Of a DNA stretch of 44,347 bases, positions 25,051 through 38,016 are shown one piece after another. A program made the position numbers and the translations under genes. This DNA comes from Octopus bimaculoides (taxonomy: Eukaryota): contig NC_068995.1 in assembly GCF_001194135.2 (NCBI RefSeq), positions 3,655,317-3,699,663 of the forward strand. The letters run 5' to 3'. Position 1 is the stretch's first letter; every line of letters starts with the position of its first letter. The notes beneath the pieces are model-generated. The model did not search any database. It was given only the letters and a program-made list of their open reading frames with translations, and had not been told where the DNA came from.

Positions 25051-25696
25051 CAAGGTCTCTGGTAGGCAATAGGAAGAGAGCCATCCTCAGATTTCGCCAA
25101 TACTTATAACAGAGGGAACTCTGCTAGAGGCACCCATGCCTTAGGTGATAGTGTTAATCTGGATGACGGATGGATTAGATCTATTACATAGAAACAGGCA
25201 AACCCTGCCAAAGGGCTTCCACACAGTTCCCATCTATCAAACATCGCACACATGACTTCAGTTGACGCAAATATATTACAGAGCAAACAACAGCAGGGGT
25301 GGAGTGGATAGTGTCTGGACTCTTCTCTTTGAGCAGTGGGATAAATTTAATACATAAGAATCAAAATTGGGATTTGGTATACCATTATGCTGGGTATAAA
25401 AAAAGAGTCAAAAGAGAAGTTATTGACTTTTAAAGACAAAAAAAAAAAAAAATCGGAAAATATTTGAGATCGTATTATACTCGAGTAAACAGGAATTTTA
25501 TTTTTTAACGTTCCTTCTTTCAGATTATGATTTCAAATCTTGTCTGAGATAGTTACATTTCGGAAATATTCTTTCTACATTAATGTTAGGTGCAGGCATG
25601 GCTGTTTGTTAAAGAGGATCAACTCCCAGGCATGACATAACTGCATAGTAAAGAAGTTCAGGTATGTCTTGAGCAGTAAAGAGATTCGAACTCCAG

Positions 25697-25835
25697 GCTT
25701 GGCTACATGGTAAAGTAGTTCTTTCTCTAATTACACGGCTTCGGATTTGATTCAACAGAGTGGCACCTTGGACAAGTATTTTCTTCCTCAGGTTTATCAA
25801 AGCCTTGTGAGTGAAATCTGTCGGACTGAAACTGT
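25697..25835 (+). mobile_element. SINE family A 5' half, degenerate
   Basis: ggctacatggtaaagtag..gtggcaccttggacaagtatttt..aaagccttgtgagtgaa..gaaactg. Confidence 0.65.
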
Positions 25836-26403
25836 TGGGTAAATTGACAAGTAGACAATCGGGAGGTTCTCGTTTTTTGGGTGATAAATTATATGTCACC
25901 TGGTGTAACACCACTACCACTTGACCCTTGGGTACCTTTAAAAAAAGTTCTCTCCTTTGTAAACCAACAAAACCTGGGCTCTGTTCTAAGGACAGCTTCT
26001 TCTCACCGGTCTCGGAGACACTGAACAAAGTTATAAACATGTTCTCTCTTCTAACTAAGAGATAAACGATTACATTTTATCTACAGAAATAAGCGTGGCA
26101 CCTCTTGAAACAGGCGAAGTGCTTACTCAGATAAGCTTGGTATCCACTTCAATGATTTTAGTGCCAACTCTCGTAAACTTCGTGCTTCTTAGAATATACT
26201 CGGTAATTACTCAGATATGATAGGTATTTACTCTAATAAGCTAGTATTTAACCAAACAAGTTTATCAGTTACACCAATAATCCTCGTACCTACTCTAGTT
26301 TGGTAATGAGAGCTTGATGTGTCTTGAAATAGGCCTTGTATTTACTCGTATAAGTTTGGAAGCTACTCTAATAATAGCTTCAGAGCCTATTCTAATAATA
26401 TCA

Positions 26404-26442
26404 TAGGCGCAGGAGTGGCTGTCTGGTAAAGTAGCTTGCTTA
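26404..26442 (+). mobile_element. SINE family A head, truncated by SINE B
   Basis: taggcgcaggagtggctgtctggtaaagtagcttgctta closely matches the head of the 16556-16990 copy. Confidence 0.8.
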
Positions 26443-26664
26443 TTTCTTTATTGCCCACAAGGGGCTAAACATAGAGGGGACAGACAAGGACAGACAAAGG
26501 TATTAAGTCGATTACAGTGCATAACTGGTACTTTATTTATCGACCCTGAAAGGATGAAAGACAAAGTCAACATCAGCGGAATTTGAAACCAGAAAACGTC
26601 AAGACAGACGAAATACCGCTAAGCATTTCGCCCGGCGTGCTAACGATTCTGCCAGCTCGCCGCC
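26441..26664 (-). mobile_element. SINE family B, near full length (tRNA head, Meta-like central block)
   Basis: On the minus strand: ggcggcgagctggcagaatcgttagcacgccgggcg..ggtttcaaattccgc..tttcatcctttcagggtcgataaa..agtaccag..ccttgtgggcaataaagaaata. Confidence 0.85.
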
Positions 26665-26689
26665 TTTTTCAAAATTTAGTTCAAGGCCA

Positions 26690-26880
26690 GTAATTCGATC
26701 GACCATAATGCCTGACTGGTACGTTATTCTATCGAGAGGACGAAAGCAAAGTTGACCGCTGCTTCGGACAAAATGCTTCTTAGCGTTTATCTGTCGTTTG
26801 TTATATTTTGTGTTCAAATCCCGCAGAGGAAAACTACCCCTTTCATCCATCTGGGGGTTCGATAAAATCAGTCGAAGACT
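26690..26880. mobile_element. Degenerate SINE B fragments in both orientations
   Basis: ctggtacgttattctatcga..gaaagcaaagttgacc (-), then aaatgctt..gttcaaatcccgcagagg..tttcatcc (+). Confidence 0.6.
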
Positions 26881-26944
26881 TTGGTTAATTTAATATTCCT
26901 ACTAGTGGGGGGAGGAAGGTAAAGGTGGTGGTGGTAGTGATGGG

Positions 26945-26978
<34 letters not shown>

Positions 26979-27197
26979 GGGTAATGGTGGTGGGGCAGTG
27001 GTGGTGGAGGTAGTAGTAGTAGTAGTAGTAGTAGTAAGCCCACCTGATGTAAATGGAAATATAATAGAATACAAAAGAGCTAAATTAGTCCCCCCCCCTC
27101 TAAAATGTTTGGAAATTCAATGAACTCTGAGAAGCTTTGTACATAAAAGAAATAAACCAACAATAACAGCAACAACAACAACAACCTTCCCCTGTAG

Positions 27198-27308
27198 ATA
27201 CGAGATCTTGCACTGACGATGTCTGCCGTAACATTCATTATATGTAATAGGATACTGCAACGTATCAATCATTCTGTATCGATTTTTCTGGACCCTTTCA
27301 CTTATTTT
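27198..27308 (+). CDS. Possible coding exon
   Basis: Strong acceptor ccttcccctgtag| and donor TTT|gtgagg. Open frame IRDLALTMSAVTFIICNRILQRINHSVSIFLDPFTYF, phase 0 to 0. Confidence 0.2.
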
Positions 27309-27504
27309 GTGAGGAAGCGTCTAAATATAGTTCGTTTATGATTACGGAGTTCATTTTATCCAAAGTAAACAATCTGTAATATACCTCAATCCACAGTTCA
27401 TAGATTTTTAGCCACGATCTGATTTATATATAGAATATTTAGGGATGAAATAGTGATTTTACTTACTAACTTGTCATTTTTCCTTCTACAATTAGAAGAA
27501 GGAA

Positions 27505-27720
27505 GGCTGTGAGCTGGTAGAATCGTTATAGCACGCCGGACGAAATGCTTAGCGGCATTTCGTCCGTCTTTAGGTTCTGAGTTCAAATTCCGCCGAGGTC
27601 GACTTTGCCTCTCATCCTTTCGGAATCCATAAATCAAGANNNNNNNNNNGGGGGGCGATGTAATTGACTTACCACCTCCCCCGGAATTGCTAGCCTTGTG
27701 CCAAAATTTGAAACCATTAT
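27505..27720 (+). mobile_element. SINE family B copy
   Basis: gagctggtagaatcgtta..gttctgagttcaaattccgccgaggtcgactttgcctctcatcctttcgg..ccttgtgccaaaatttgaaacc. Confidence 0.85.
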
Positions 27721-28784
27721 TAGCGGAAGAAGGACGGTGTAAAGGAGCTTTTGTTAGGGGGGGGGGCTTCCGATACTCGTAAGCGTAAGAGAAAACATTC
27801 TCAAACAGGAAACCTGGCATGAGTGCTTCCAAAGGTGGCCTCTACTAAAGGCCGTTAGGGACCATATAGAAATATTAAACCCGGCTATAGATTAAGTCTA
27901 TAACACAAAAACGGGAAACGTCCGCTCCCTGTCCCTTAGAAGTGTTTCCACATAGTTTCCGACAACCAAATTTATTTCACCCAATACTTTAGGCATATAG
28001 CTCATCTCAAAACTCATCTCAAAATGAATAACTTTGCTAATTAACATTTATCTTTAACAGCTGTGTCATTTTAAAACTGTGGCAATGAACTCTCTAATCA
28101 TTCGATAACTTGGGTTTAAAGAAAGTGAATTCTTGTGGTTGAGTTTTTGTGTTTTACCAAAGCACGTTTTATAAATTCAGTAAATTTCTCAGCTACGTCT
28201 TCCGCATGAAGAATATAGAGTTAAGTGCGTGTCGATCTACATAAAGTAGTGAACGGAAAAAAAGTCAGTTGATATTATATTGTCTATGAGAAGAAAAATC
28301 ATTTGCGTTTCAATGACAATTCTTGTGAAGCAGAGCAGGGAAGAGAACTCTGCTTTATAAAGCATTAATTAGAATTTGGAAGGACAACAATATTCGTCTC
28401 GTCTTGGAGCAGCATGTTGGGTTTGTTATTTTACATCGAAAATCTATTTTATTTCATAAAACCTAAGTTAAGAATGTGGGTATATGAGAATGGTTTGTCG
28501 TGCCGGGTGAGAGAAATTAATTTCAATGACGATCTTCGTAAATGATCTGGTTTGGTCTGTGAATTTGGAGGTTTTGCTAGGTACATTTATTTACCTTTAG
28601 AATTGACTATGAAATATTATTTGGAAGGAAAATGCTATTGATTGATGATATCTAAGAAAATTCTAGTGCTATCTGAACCATTAAAAACCTTTCAAAGAAA
28701 TCTCAAAGAAATTTAGAGAAAATTAAAAAATTAAAGAACGGTCGAGCAAAGAAATATTTGTTTCAAACTTTTGCAGAAAACCAG

Positions 28785-28962
28785 CGATTTCGAGGAGGTT
28801 GGTAGTAGAATATATTGACCCTTGTGTTCAAATGGTATTATTTTATCGACGATGAAAGGTAAAATTCACCTCGGTGGAATTTGACCTCAGAGCGTAAAGG
28901 CGGAGGAAATGCCACGAAGCATTTTGTCCAGCGCGTTAACGGTTCTGCCTACTCGTTGCCTT
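28785..28962 (-). mobile_element. SINE family B copy, degenerate
   Basis: gatgaaaggtaaaattcacctcggtggaatttgacctcagagcg..aagcattttgtccagcgcgttaacggttctgcc. Confidence 0.75.
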
Positions 28963-29021
28963 TATTTTCGCAAGGAAATATAAAAATTAAAGATTGCTTG
29001 TGGAAATGTGAATAAACTTTA

Positions 29022-29190
29022 TAAGGTGCAGGTGCGGTTATGTGACGAAGAAGCTTGGTTCTCAACAATGTGGTCGTGGGTTCGGTCCCACTGCACGACA
29101 AATTGGGCAAATGCCTTTTACTGTAACTCTGAGATGACCAAAGCATTGTGAGTGGATTTGACAGAAGGAAACTGAAAAAAGCCTATCCTA
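29022..29190 (+). mobile_element. SINE family A 5' half
   Basis: gtgggttcggtcccactgc..tgggcaaatgcctt..gaccaaagcattgtgagtggatttg..ggaaactgaaaaaagcc. Confidence 0.75.
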
Positions 29191-29339
29191 TATATATATA
29201 CATATATGTATATATATATCAAACAGACATTAAAAAATGCAAGTATACATCCAAGGTAATTTGAAGAAATTCAGAGTAGTAGACAATTATGTATTACACA
29301 CACATACACACACACACACACACATACATATACATATAT

Positions 29340-29440
29340 GTCAGCTTTCCTTCAATTTCCCTCTACCAATTCCATCCACAAGGCGTTGGTCGGCCTGTGG
29401 CCGACCTTGTATCAGATTGTATGGGATTGAAACCAAAACT
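29340..29440 (-). mobile_element. SINE family A fragment
   Basis: ttcaatttccctctaccaattccatccacaaggcgttggtcggcc..gggattgaaacc. Confidence 0.6.
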
Positions 29441-30263
29441 GTTTAGATGCAAAAAAACAAAGACAAGACAAAACAAATAAAATAACAACAAAAAGCAAAG
29501 GATAAACGCCCGGAGGACACAGCGACTTCTTTCTTCCATCTATGCAGTGTACTATCATATGTACCATTATGTAACTTCTATGGTGTTACTATGTCTACTA
29601 CTATACTATTATGCAACTTATATTTCATACTACTATACTACTACGAGACGCCTATGTTGTTTCTGTGGCACTGCAATGTAGAATAATGGTAAGAAATGTC
29701 TCCATCATCATCATAGTCGGAGAAGAAATCAGAAAATGTTAGAAATTCGAAAAGTACAACTCATGAAATATTGATAAAAAGACATTTTAGAGATTTAAAA
29801 ATTAATTTGTCATTAAAAAAGATACGGGACAGATTGTCATGTCACGTGTGACGTAACAATTACACACACACACACACACGCACGCACATACATAAACATA
29901 CACGAACACAGTCACAAACATACACAGACACACACAAACACACACATGCACTCACACACACAAACACACACACACACACACACACAAGCATAGACGTACA
30001 TAGTCACAAACATACACTGAAACGCATACATGTGCTCATACAGACATACATACATACATACACACACATACACACACACGTGCACACACAGATATATGTA
30101 TATATGAGTGTGTGGGTATATATATGTATATATGAATACGTACATATATAATTACGTACACACACAAATATATATATATTTATATATAATAATAATAAAA
30201 GGGTAAAATTAATTAATTTATTAATCAAATAATTAATCAATAACTAATAATTTTACCAAATAG

Positions 30264-30885
30264 TCGTTACGTTAAAATAACCTTTTCAGGTAAAATTATA
30301 CAAATATTCTGTGCTCTATGTATGTGTATGTATATGATTATATATATATACATATATATATCTCCAATCCTTAAATTCTTAAATATACTCAAATACCCAA
30401 AATTTCAAGGAGTTCCTGCCTTAAAAACAGGAGCTAACCACAGTTATTTTGTGTTCTTTGCTACATTGGTTTCTATTAACCCATTTATTCTATCAGAAGA
30501 ATTTTTATTCATTAAGATAGAAGAAATACACATAATTATATATATATATATATATATATNNNNNNNNNNNNNNNNNNNNNNNNNNNNNNNNNNNNNNNNN
30601 NNNNNNNNNNNNNNNNNNNNNNNNNNNNNNNNNNNNNNNNNNNNNNNNNNNNNNNNNNNNNNNNNNNNNNNNNNNNNNNNNNNNNNNNNNNNNNNNNNNN
30701 NNNNNNNNNNNNNNNNNNNNNNNNNNNNNNNNNNNNNNNNNNNNNNNNNNNNNNNNNNNNNNNNNNNNNNNNNNNNNNNNNNNNNNNNNTCGTTACGTTA
30801 AAATAACCTTTTCAGGTAAAATTATACAAATATTCTGTGCTCTATGTATGTGTATGTATATGATTATATATATATACATATATAT
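30264..30885. other. Exact ~95-bp duplicate on either side of an N-gap (probable assembly overlap)
   Basis: tcgttacgttaaaataacc...catatatata at 30264 and again at 30790, immediately after the gap. Confidence 0.8.
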
Positions 30886-31033
30886 AATACATATGTATTC
30901 ATATCTTTGTGTGTGTAGTTATATATAATCATGTCTACTATATATAAAATATACATATATATGTATCTATACACATGCATATAATTACACATATATCTCT
31001 ATTCATGTGCACATAAAATTATAACGTATATAC

Positions 31034-31069
<36 letters not shown>

Positions 31070-31130
31070 GGTATATCTATATATATAAAATTATATACAT
31101 ATAATTTTGTTTATATAAATAAATACGTAC

Positions 31131-31161
<31 letters not shown>

Positions 31162-32214
31162 AATATATAAGTATATCTATGTATCTATCTATATACATAT
31201 ACATATGTGTATATATANNNNNNNNNNNNNNNNNNNNNNNNNNNNNNNNNNNNNNNNNNNNNNNNNNNNNNNNNNNNNNNNNNNNNNNNNNNNNNNNNNN
31301 NNNNNNNNNNNNNNNNNNNNNNNNNNNNNNNNNNNNNNNNNNNNNNNNNNNNNNNNNNNNNNNNNNNNNNNNNNNNNNNNNNNNNNNNNNNNNNNNNNNN
31401 NNNNNNNNNNNNNNNNNNNNNNNNNNNNNNNNNNNNNNNNNNNNNNNNNNNNNNNNNNNNNNNNNNNNNNNNNNNNNNNNNNNNNNNNNNNNNNNNNNNN
31501 NNNNNNNNNNNNNNNNNNNNNNNNNNNNNNNNNNNNNNNNNNNNNNNNNNNNNNNNNNNNNNNNNNNNNNNNNNNNNNNNNNNNNNNNNNNNNNNNNNNN
31601 NNNNNNNNNNNNNNNNNNNNNNNNNNNNNNNNNNNNNNNNNNNNNNNNNNNNNNNNNNNNNNNNNNNNNNNNNNNNNNNNNNNNNNNNNNNNNNNNNNNN
31701 NNNNNNNNNNNNNNNNNNNNNNNNNNNNNNNNNNNNNNNNNNNNNNNNNNNNNNNNNNNNNNNNNNNNNNNNNNNNNNNNNNNNNNNNNNNNNNNNNNNN
31801 NNNNNNNNNNNNNNNNNNNNNNNNNNNNNNNNNNNNNNNNNNNNNNNNNNNNNNNNNNNNNNNNNNNNNNNNNNNNNNNNNNNNNNNNNNNNNNNNNNNN
31901 NNNNNNNNNNNNNNNNNNNNNNNNNNNNNNNNNNNNNNNNNNNNNNNNNNNNNNNNNNNNNNNNNNNNNNNNNNNNNNNNNNNNNNNNNNNNNNNNNNNN
32001 NNNNNNNNNNNNNNNNNNNNNNNNNNNNNNNNNNNNNNNNNNNNNNNNNNNNNNNNNNNNNNNNNNNNNNNNNNNNNNNNNNNNNNNNNNNNNNNNNNNN
32101 NNNNNNNNNNNNNNNNNNNNNNNNNNNNNNNNNNNNNNNNNNNNNNNNNNNNNNNNNNNNNNNNNNNNNNNNNNNNNNNNNNNNNNNNNNNNNNNNNNNN
32201 NNNNNNNNNNNNNN

Positions 32215-32259
<45 letters not shown>

Positions 32260-32863
32260 ACACGCAATGATATTAGAGCTAGACATAGCAACAAATATCC
32301 CTCAAATCAGCGTAACACTTGAAAAGGAAAATATATGCAGTGGGCGAAGACACTGGTTAATGTAATCGTTTACACCTCCGTCTTCGTAAAAGACGTGTTG
32401 GCCACGGTTGGAAAACTCATTGCATATGGATATGCTGGGCATAATTATTGGTGACCCAGTGTAAATCAACAACAGCAATTTCAGTCATTGTTACTACATC
32501 ATACGTTTATTACGATACATTCGAACAATACATATGTAGACACACATAGCTCTGTTGTAAGGAATTAACTCTCCCACGAGAAGACAACACACTCACACAC
32601 GCGGACACACACGCACACACACACACGCACACACACACACACACACACACATGCGCGCGCGCACACATGCAAAGTTACGCACACGCACACACACGTACTT
32701 GCACAGACAAATTGTATAGCAACCATGGAAGGATACGTCCATGCGTGCGTATAAATATATAATTTGCATGCATTTATGTACATTCGCGTACACACGTACA
32801 CACACACACATACATACCTATATGTTGTGTATACAATAATATACATACACACACACAAATATA

Positions 32864-32895
<32 letters not shown>

Positions 32896-33853
32896 NNNNN
32901 NNNNNNNNNNNNNNNNNNNNNNNNNNNNNNNNNNNNNNNNNNNNNNNNNNNNNNNNNNNNNNNNNNNNNNNNNNNNNNNNNNNNNNNNNNNNNNNNNNNN
33001 NNNNNNNNNNNNNNNNNNNNNNNNNNNNNNNNNNNNNNNNNNNNNNNNNNNNNNNNNNNNNNNNNNNNNNNNNNNNNNNNNNNNNNNNNNNNNNNNNNNN
33101 NNNNNNNNNNNNNNNNNNNNNNNNNNNNNNNNNNNNNNNNNNNNNNNNNNNNNNNNNNNNNNNNNNNNNNNNNNNNNNNNNNNNNNNNNNNNNNNNNNNN
33201 NNNNNNNNNNNNNNNNNNNNNNNNNNNNNNNNNNNNNNNNNNNNNNNNNNNNNNNNNNNNNNNNNNNNNNNNNNNNNNNNNNNNNNNNNNNNNNNNNNNN
33301 NNNNNNNNNNNNNNNNNNNNNNNNNNNNNNNNNNNNNNNNNNNNNNNNNNNNNNNNNNNNNNNNNNNNNNNNNNNNNNNNNNNNNNNNNNNNNNNNNNNN
33401 NNNNNNNNNNNNNNNNNNNNNNNNNNNNNNNNNNNNNNNNNNNNNNNNNNNNNNNNNNNNNNNNNNNNNNNNNNNNNNNNNNNNNNNNNNNNNNNNNNNN
33501 NNNNNNNNNNNNNNNNNNNNNNNNNNNNNNNNNNNNNNNNNNNNNNNNTATATATATATATATATATATTTGTATATATTTATTTGTATATATGCACATA
33601 TATATATGCATATACATATCTATGCAGATACACATATATATATATATATGTATGCATGTATATATATGCATGTATATGTATGCATGTATATATATATAAG
33701 TATGTACATATACATACATAGATATATATGTATATATGTATATGCATATATATGTATCTATATATATATATGTTTGTGTGTGTGTGTTTGTGTTTGTGTT
33801 TGCATGTATTTGTCGCGTGTATATAAATATATAGTACTCTAAATTTTAAACAG

Positions 33854-33982
33854 AAGCAACAGACCCAATGTCCTCCGAATAATATCACACAGCCTAACGA
33901 TATGCCGCATCGGTTATGGTGGTTTTGGATACCTACAATTTTGACCATGATCATCTCTACTATAAAAAGGCTGACCTGTTAA
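33854..33982 (+). CDS. Possible terminal exon with hydrophobic C-terminus
   Basis: Acceptor aaattttaaacag|. Frame KQQTQCPPNNITQPNDMPHRLWWFWIPTILTMIISTIKRLTC*. Its start weakly resembles repeat family C, which lowers confidence. Confidence 0.15.
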   Translation, partial: KQQTQCPPNNITQPNDMPHRLWWFWIPTILTMIISTIKRLTC

Positions 33983-34601
33983 AAAAAGATTTTGACAACC
34001 ATAACGAAAGCATATAAGACTAACACAGCTATTTCAAATGATAAAAAACTTTATCCATATCACGAAGGCAAAATTCCATTCATAGAAACAATTGAGAATG
34101 TCTGAAGAATTATTGTAGAAATTAAAGAGTTGCTTTTATTAAAATCTTCATTCTTTACAATTCTTTAAAAATAGTATTTTTATGATAATGAACGACGATC
34201 TAGTTTCCGTTGAAAAGTTCTTTCTGTAATTAGCGTTTAAAGGAATTGAGCAGAATCTTCTCATTTCTAAAAACTTAACAAAGTTATCTTTAATAGAAAA
34301 ACTCAGCTACAGGCTACCTTTGCTTCTATATATGTGTATATATGTGTCTATTTATATATATATGTATATATATATATATATGTATATATATATGTAGATA
34401 GATATGTGAATATACATATATATATATATGTTATATATATATATTTATATATATATATATACATATATATAAAGATGAATATATGGAGGTGTGTGTGTAT
34501 GTATCAATATATATGTAAATATGCACACATATATACAGTTATACGATTTTGTCTATAAATGTTTGTATGTGTATATCAATATGTATGTGTGTGTGCATAC
34601 A

Positions 34602-34636
<35 letters not shown>

Positions 34637-35107
34637 TTACACTTATGTATATATATATATATATATATATATAGTCGTATATAACTCGGAGTGGAAACCC
34701 CTTTCTAACAGTGTATTTTCTCTTATTTTCTACACAATACATCAGTGTCATGTCATGCAGAGGCCACAACATCATACCGAAAAATTCTTAGAAAGTATAA
34801 ACGAATTCTGAAAACTCATGGTAACTGCGTGATTGCTATAACAACTAAAAATTGCAGCCGAATTTTCCTCAAATCTCTCCGAAATAAACCCACTGGATGA
34901 TGTTATAATAGTCTTTTGGAATTTCGTCTTATAGACCCCGGAGGGATAAAAGTCAAAGCTGACTTCGGATATGAATGTTGTGGGAAGAAATGGTAGATGT
35001 AACGCGAAGCATTTTTTTTACAATACTTTCATATTCTACCAATCCTTAAGCCAGTTAATATCAGAAGCAAAAACAAAAACAACAGCAAAAACAACATTAA
35101 TAATGGT

Positions 35108-35285
35108 TCAAATTTTAACACAATGTCAGCAATATTGAGGGAGGGCTCCAGTATTAAACTGGTACTTATTCTGCTGACTCCGAAAGGATGAAAGTAAAGT
35201 GGACCTCAGCGGAAATCGAACTCAGAACGTATAGACGGACGAAATGCCGTTGAGCAATATGCGATTCCTCCAGCTGGTCGCTTTA
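35108..35285 (-). mobile_element. SINE family B copy, degenerate
   Basis: ctggtacttatt..ccgaaaggatgaaagtaaagtggacctcagcggaaatcgaactcagaacg. Confidence 0.75.
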
Positions 35286-35289
35286 GATG

Positions 35290-35352
<63 letters not shown>

Positions 35353-35513
35353 GTACAAGGAAACCAACAATTTGTGAGACTAAAAAAATTGTGATGATAT
35401 CAAACGCCCACATTCTCAGGAAGTTCCAGGTCTCTGGTTGGGTCTCTAGTTGAAACCTGGCAGGAAGATGAAATAAAATGCAAAACAATCGGAAAACAAC
35501 AACAACAACAATC

Positions 35514-35706
35514 CTTCCTGCTATAGGCCTGAAATTTTGGGGGAGGGGAATAGCCGATTACATCGACCCCAGTGTTTCACTGGTACTTAATTTATCGATC
35601 TCGAAAGGATGAAAGGCAAAGTCGACCTCGGCGAAATTTGAACTCAGGTGGACGAAATACCGCTAAGCGTTTCGTCCAACGTGCTAACGGTTCTGCTATA
35701 TCACCA
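35514..35706 (-). mobile_element. SINE family B copy
   Basis: cgattacatcgaccccagtgtttcactggtacttaatttatcga..gaaaggatgaaaggcaaagtcgacctcggcg..gtgctaacggttctgc. Confidence 0.85.
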
Positions 35707-35798
35707 ACTTGATAGTAATAATAATAATAATAATAATGGTAATGACGTTATTGTTATTATTAATATTATGCATATATATATATGATATATGATATATG

Positions 35799-35833
<35 letters not shown>

Positions 35834-35845
35834 GTCTGTCATACC

Positions 35846-35885
35846 GGCCATGACGAAGGGAAATAGCCCTGAAACTCGAGTCGCC
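35846..35885 (+). ncRNA. Minimal hammerhead-like motif with one extra core nucleotide
   Basis: GGC C-A-UGACGA AGGG-aaauag-CCCU GAAA CUCGAG UC GCC. Stems I (GGC/GCC) and II (AGGG/CCCU), palindromic ACUCGAGU. Confidence 0.5.
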
Positions 35886-37360
35886 TTTATATATTTATAT
35901 TTATATATTTGATCCTTTATATTGAACACTCAATATTTCATCTACATTCAATACTTTATTTCATGGTGCCATCCATTTTTATTTTATTTTATTTTATATT
36001 ATATATTGTATATTATATTATATATTGTATATTCCATATTCTATACCCCACACTGGTTCTGCAGGAATATAAATAAAACATTGGAACTCTTTTAAACAAA
36101 ATAATATATATATATATATANNNNNNNNNNNNNNNNNNNNNNNNNNNNNNNNNNNNNNNNNNNNNNNNNNNNNNNNNNNNNNNNNNNNNNNNNNNNNNNN
36201 NNNNNNNNNNNNNNNNNNNNNNNNNNNNNNNNNNNNNNNNNNNNNNNNNNNNNNNNNNNNNNNNNNNNNNNNNNNNNNNNNNNNNNNNNNNNNNNNNNNN
36301 NNNNNNNNNNNNNNNNNNNNNNNNNNNNNNNNNNNNNNNNNNNNNNNNNNNNNNNNNNNNNNNNNNNNNNNNNNNNNNNNNNNNNNNNNNNNNNNNNNNN
36401 NNNNNNNNNNNNNNNNNNNNNNNNNNNNNNNNNNNNNNNNNNNNNNNNNNNNNNNNNNNNNNNNNNNNNNNNNNNNNNNNNNNNNNNNNNNNNNNNNNNN
36501 NNNNNNNNNNNNNNNNNNNNNNNNNNNNNNNNNNNNNNNNNNNNNNNNNNNNNNNNNNNNNNNNNNNNNNNNNNNNNNNNNNNNNNNNNNNNNNNNNNNN
36601 NNNNNNNNNNNNNNNNNNNNNNNNNNNNNNNNNNNNNNNNNNNNNNNNNNNNNNNNNNNNNNNNNNNNNNNNNNNNNNNNNNNNNNNNNNNNNNNNNNNN
36701 NNNNNNNNNNNNNNNNNNNNNNNNNNNNNNNNNNNNNNNNNNNNNNNNNNNNNNNNNNNNNNNNNNNNNNNNNNNNNNNNNNNNNNNNNNNNNNNNNNNN
36801 NNNNNNNNNNNNNNNNNNNNNNNNNNNNNNNNNNNNNNNNNNNNNNNNNNNNNNNNNNNNNNNNNNNNNNNNNNNNNNNNNNNNNNNNNNNNNNNNNNNN
36901 NNNNNNNNNNNNNNNNNNNNNNNNNNNNNNNNNNNNNNNNNNNNNNNNNNNNNNNNNNNNNNNNNNNNNNNNNNNNNNNNNNNNNNNNNNNNNNNNNNNN
37001 NNNNNNNNNNNNNNNNNNNNNNNNNNNNNNNNNNNNNNNNNNNNNNNNNNNNNNNNNNNNNNNNNNNATACATATATGTACATACATACTTATTTGAAAT
37101 AAAAGAAAATGATGATATTGTAAATTTGGAGTCCGGAAGGAATCGACCACTTGAATTGAAGTATATTCCCCGAGTGTTAGGGTTAAGAAAGAAAGAAAGA
37201 AAGAAACTAAGTCTAAAGAAGGTGACATTTAAAATATTGAGGTATATTAAGCGGGGCATCACAAATAATGAAGTACTTTATATGAAAGGGCAACCGCAGG
37301 TAATGAGACAGATTAAGGGCAGTGAACATAAAGGGGACAATGTAACAGGAAATACGATGC

Positions 37361-37426
<66 letters not shown>

Positions 37427-37971
37427 GTCTGAGTGTCTGTCTATCTATATATCTACATTATTCTTAATCGGCTGTATCTACAGAGTGACTCAAGAGCTGA
37501 GAGTACCATGCACTGGCACTTACAAATGCATGGCACTCCCTGTTCGTGCGTCACTCAGTACTTTCTGCCGAATAATGAATAAATCAATAAACGAATAATA
37601 ATAATAATAACAAAAAAACAACAACAACTACAGAACATATAAACATACACACAAACATATAAGCATACACACATGCATAAAATTTGACACGAAAATCAGA
37701 ACATATATTCACTGGAACCGATATGATTTTGTGAATTCCTGAGAAACATTCGTACAGAACTGTATTAGATACAATGCAGACAACATGGCGTTATTTTTCT
37801 CAACAAAATTTATCCTATGTTTACTGTAAGTACATAGGTACATATATATGTATATATATATATATATNNNNNNNNNNNNNNNNNNNNNNNNNNNNNNNNN
37901 NNNNNNNNNNNNNNNNNNNNNNNNNNNNNNNNNNNNNNNNNNNNNNNNNNNNNNNNNNNNNNNNNNNACAG

Positions 37972-38005
<34 letters not shown>

Positions 38006-38016
38006 GTATATATATA

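Noticed and set aside
26086-26203. Exon-like open frame after acceptor atctacag
   Set aside because: It lies in a degenerate tactctaataagct-type repeat tract.
32270-32470. Minus frame containing PSISICN, resembling the DEG/ENaC FPAVTICN motif
   Set aside because: No suitable acceptor or donor, and it overlaps repeat family C; likely chance.
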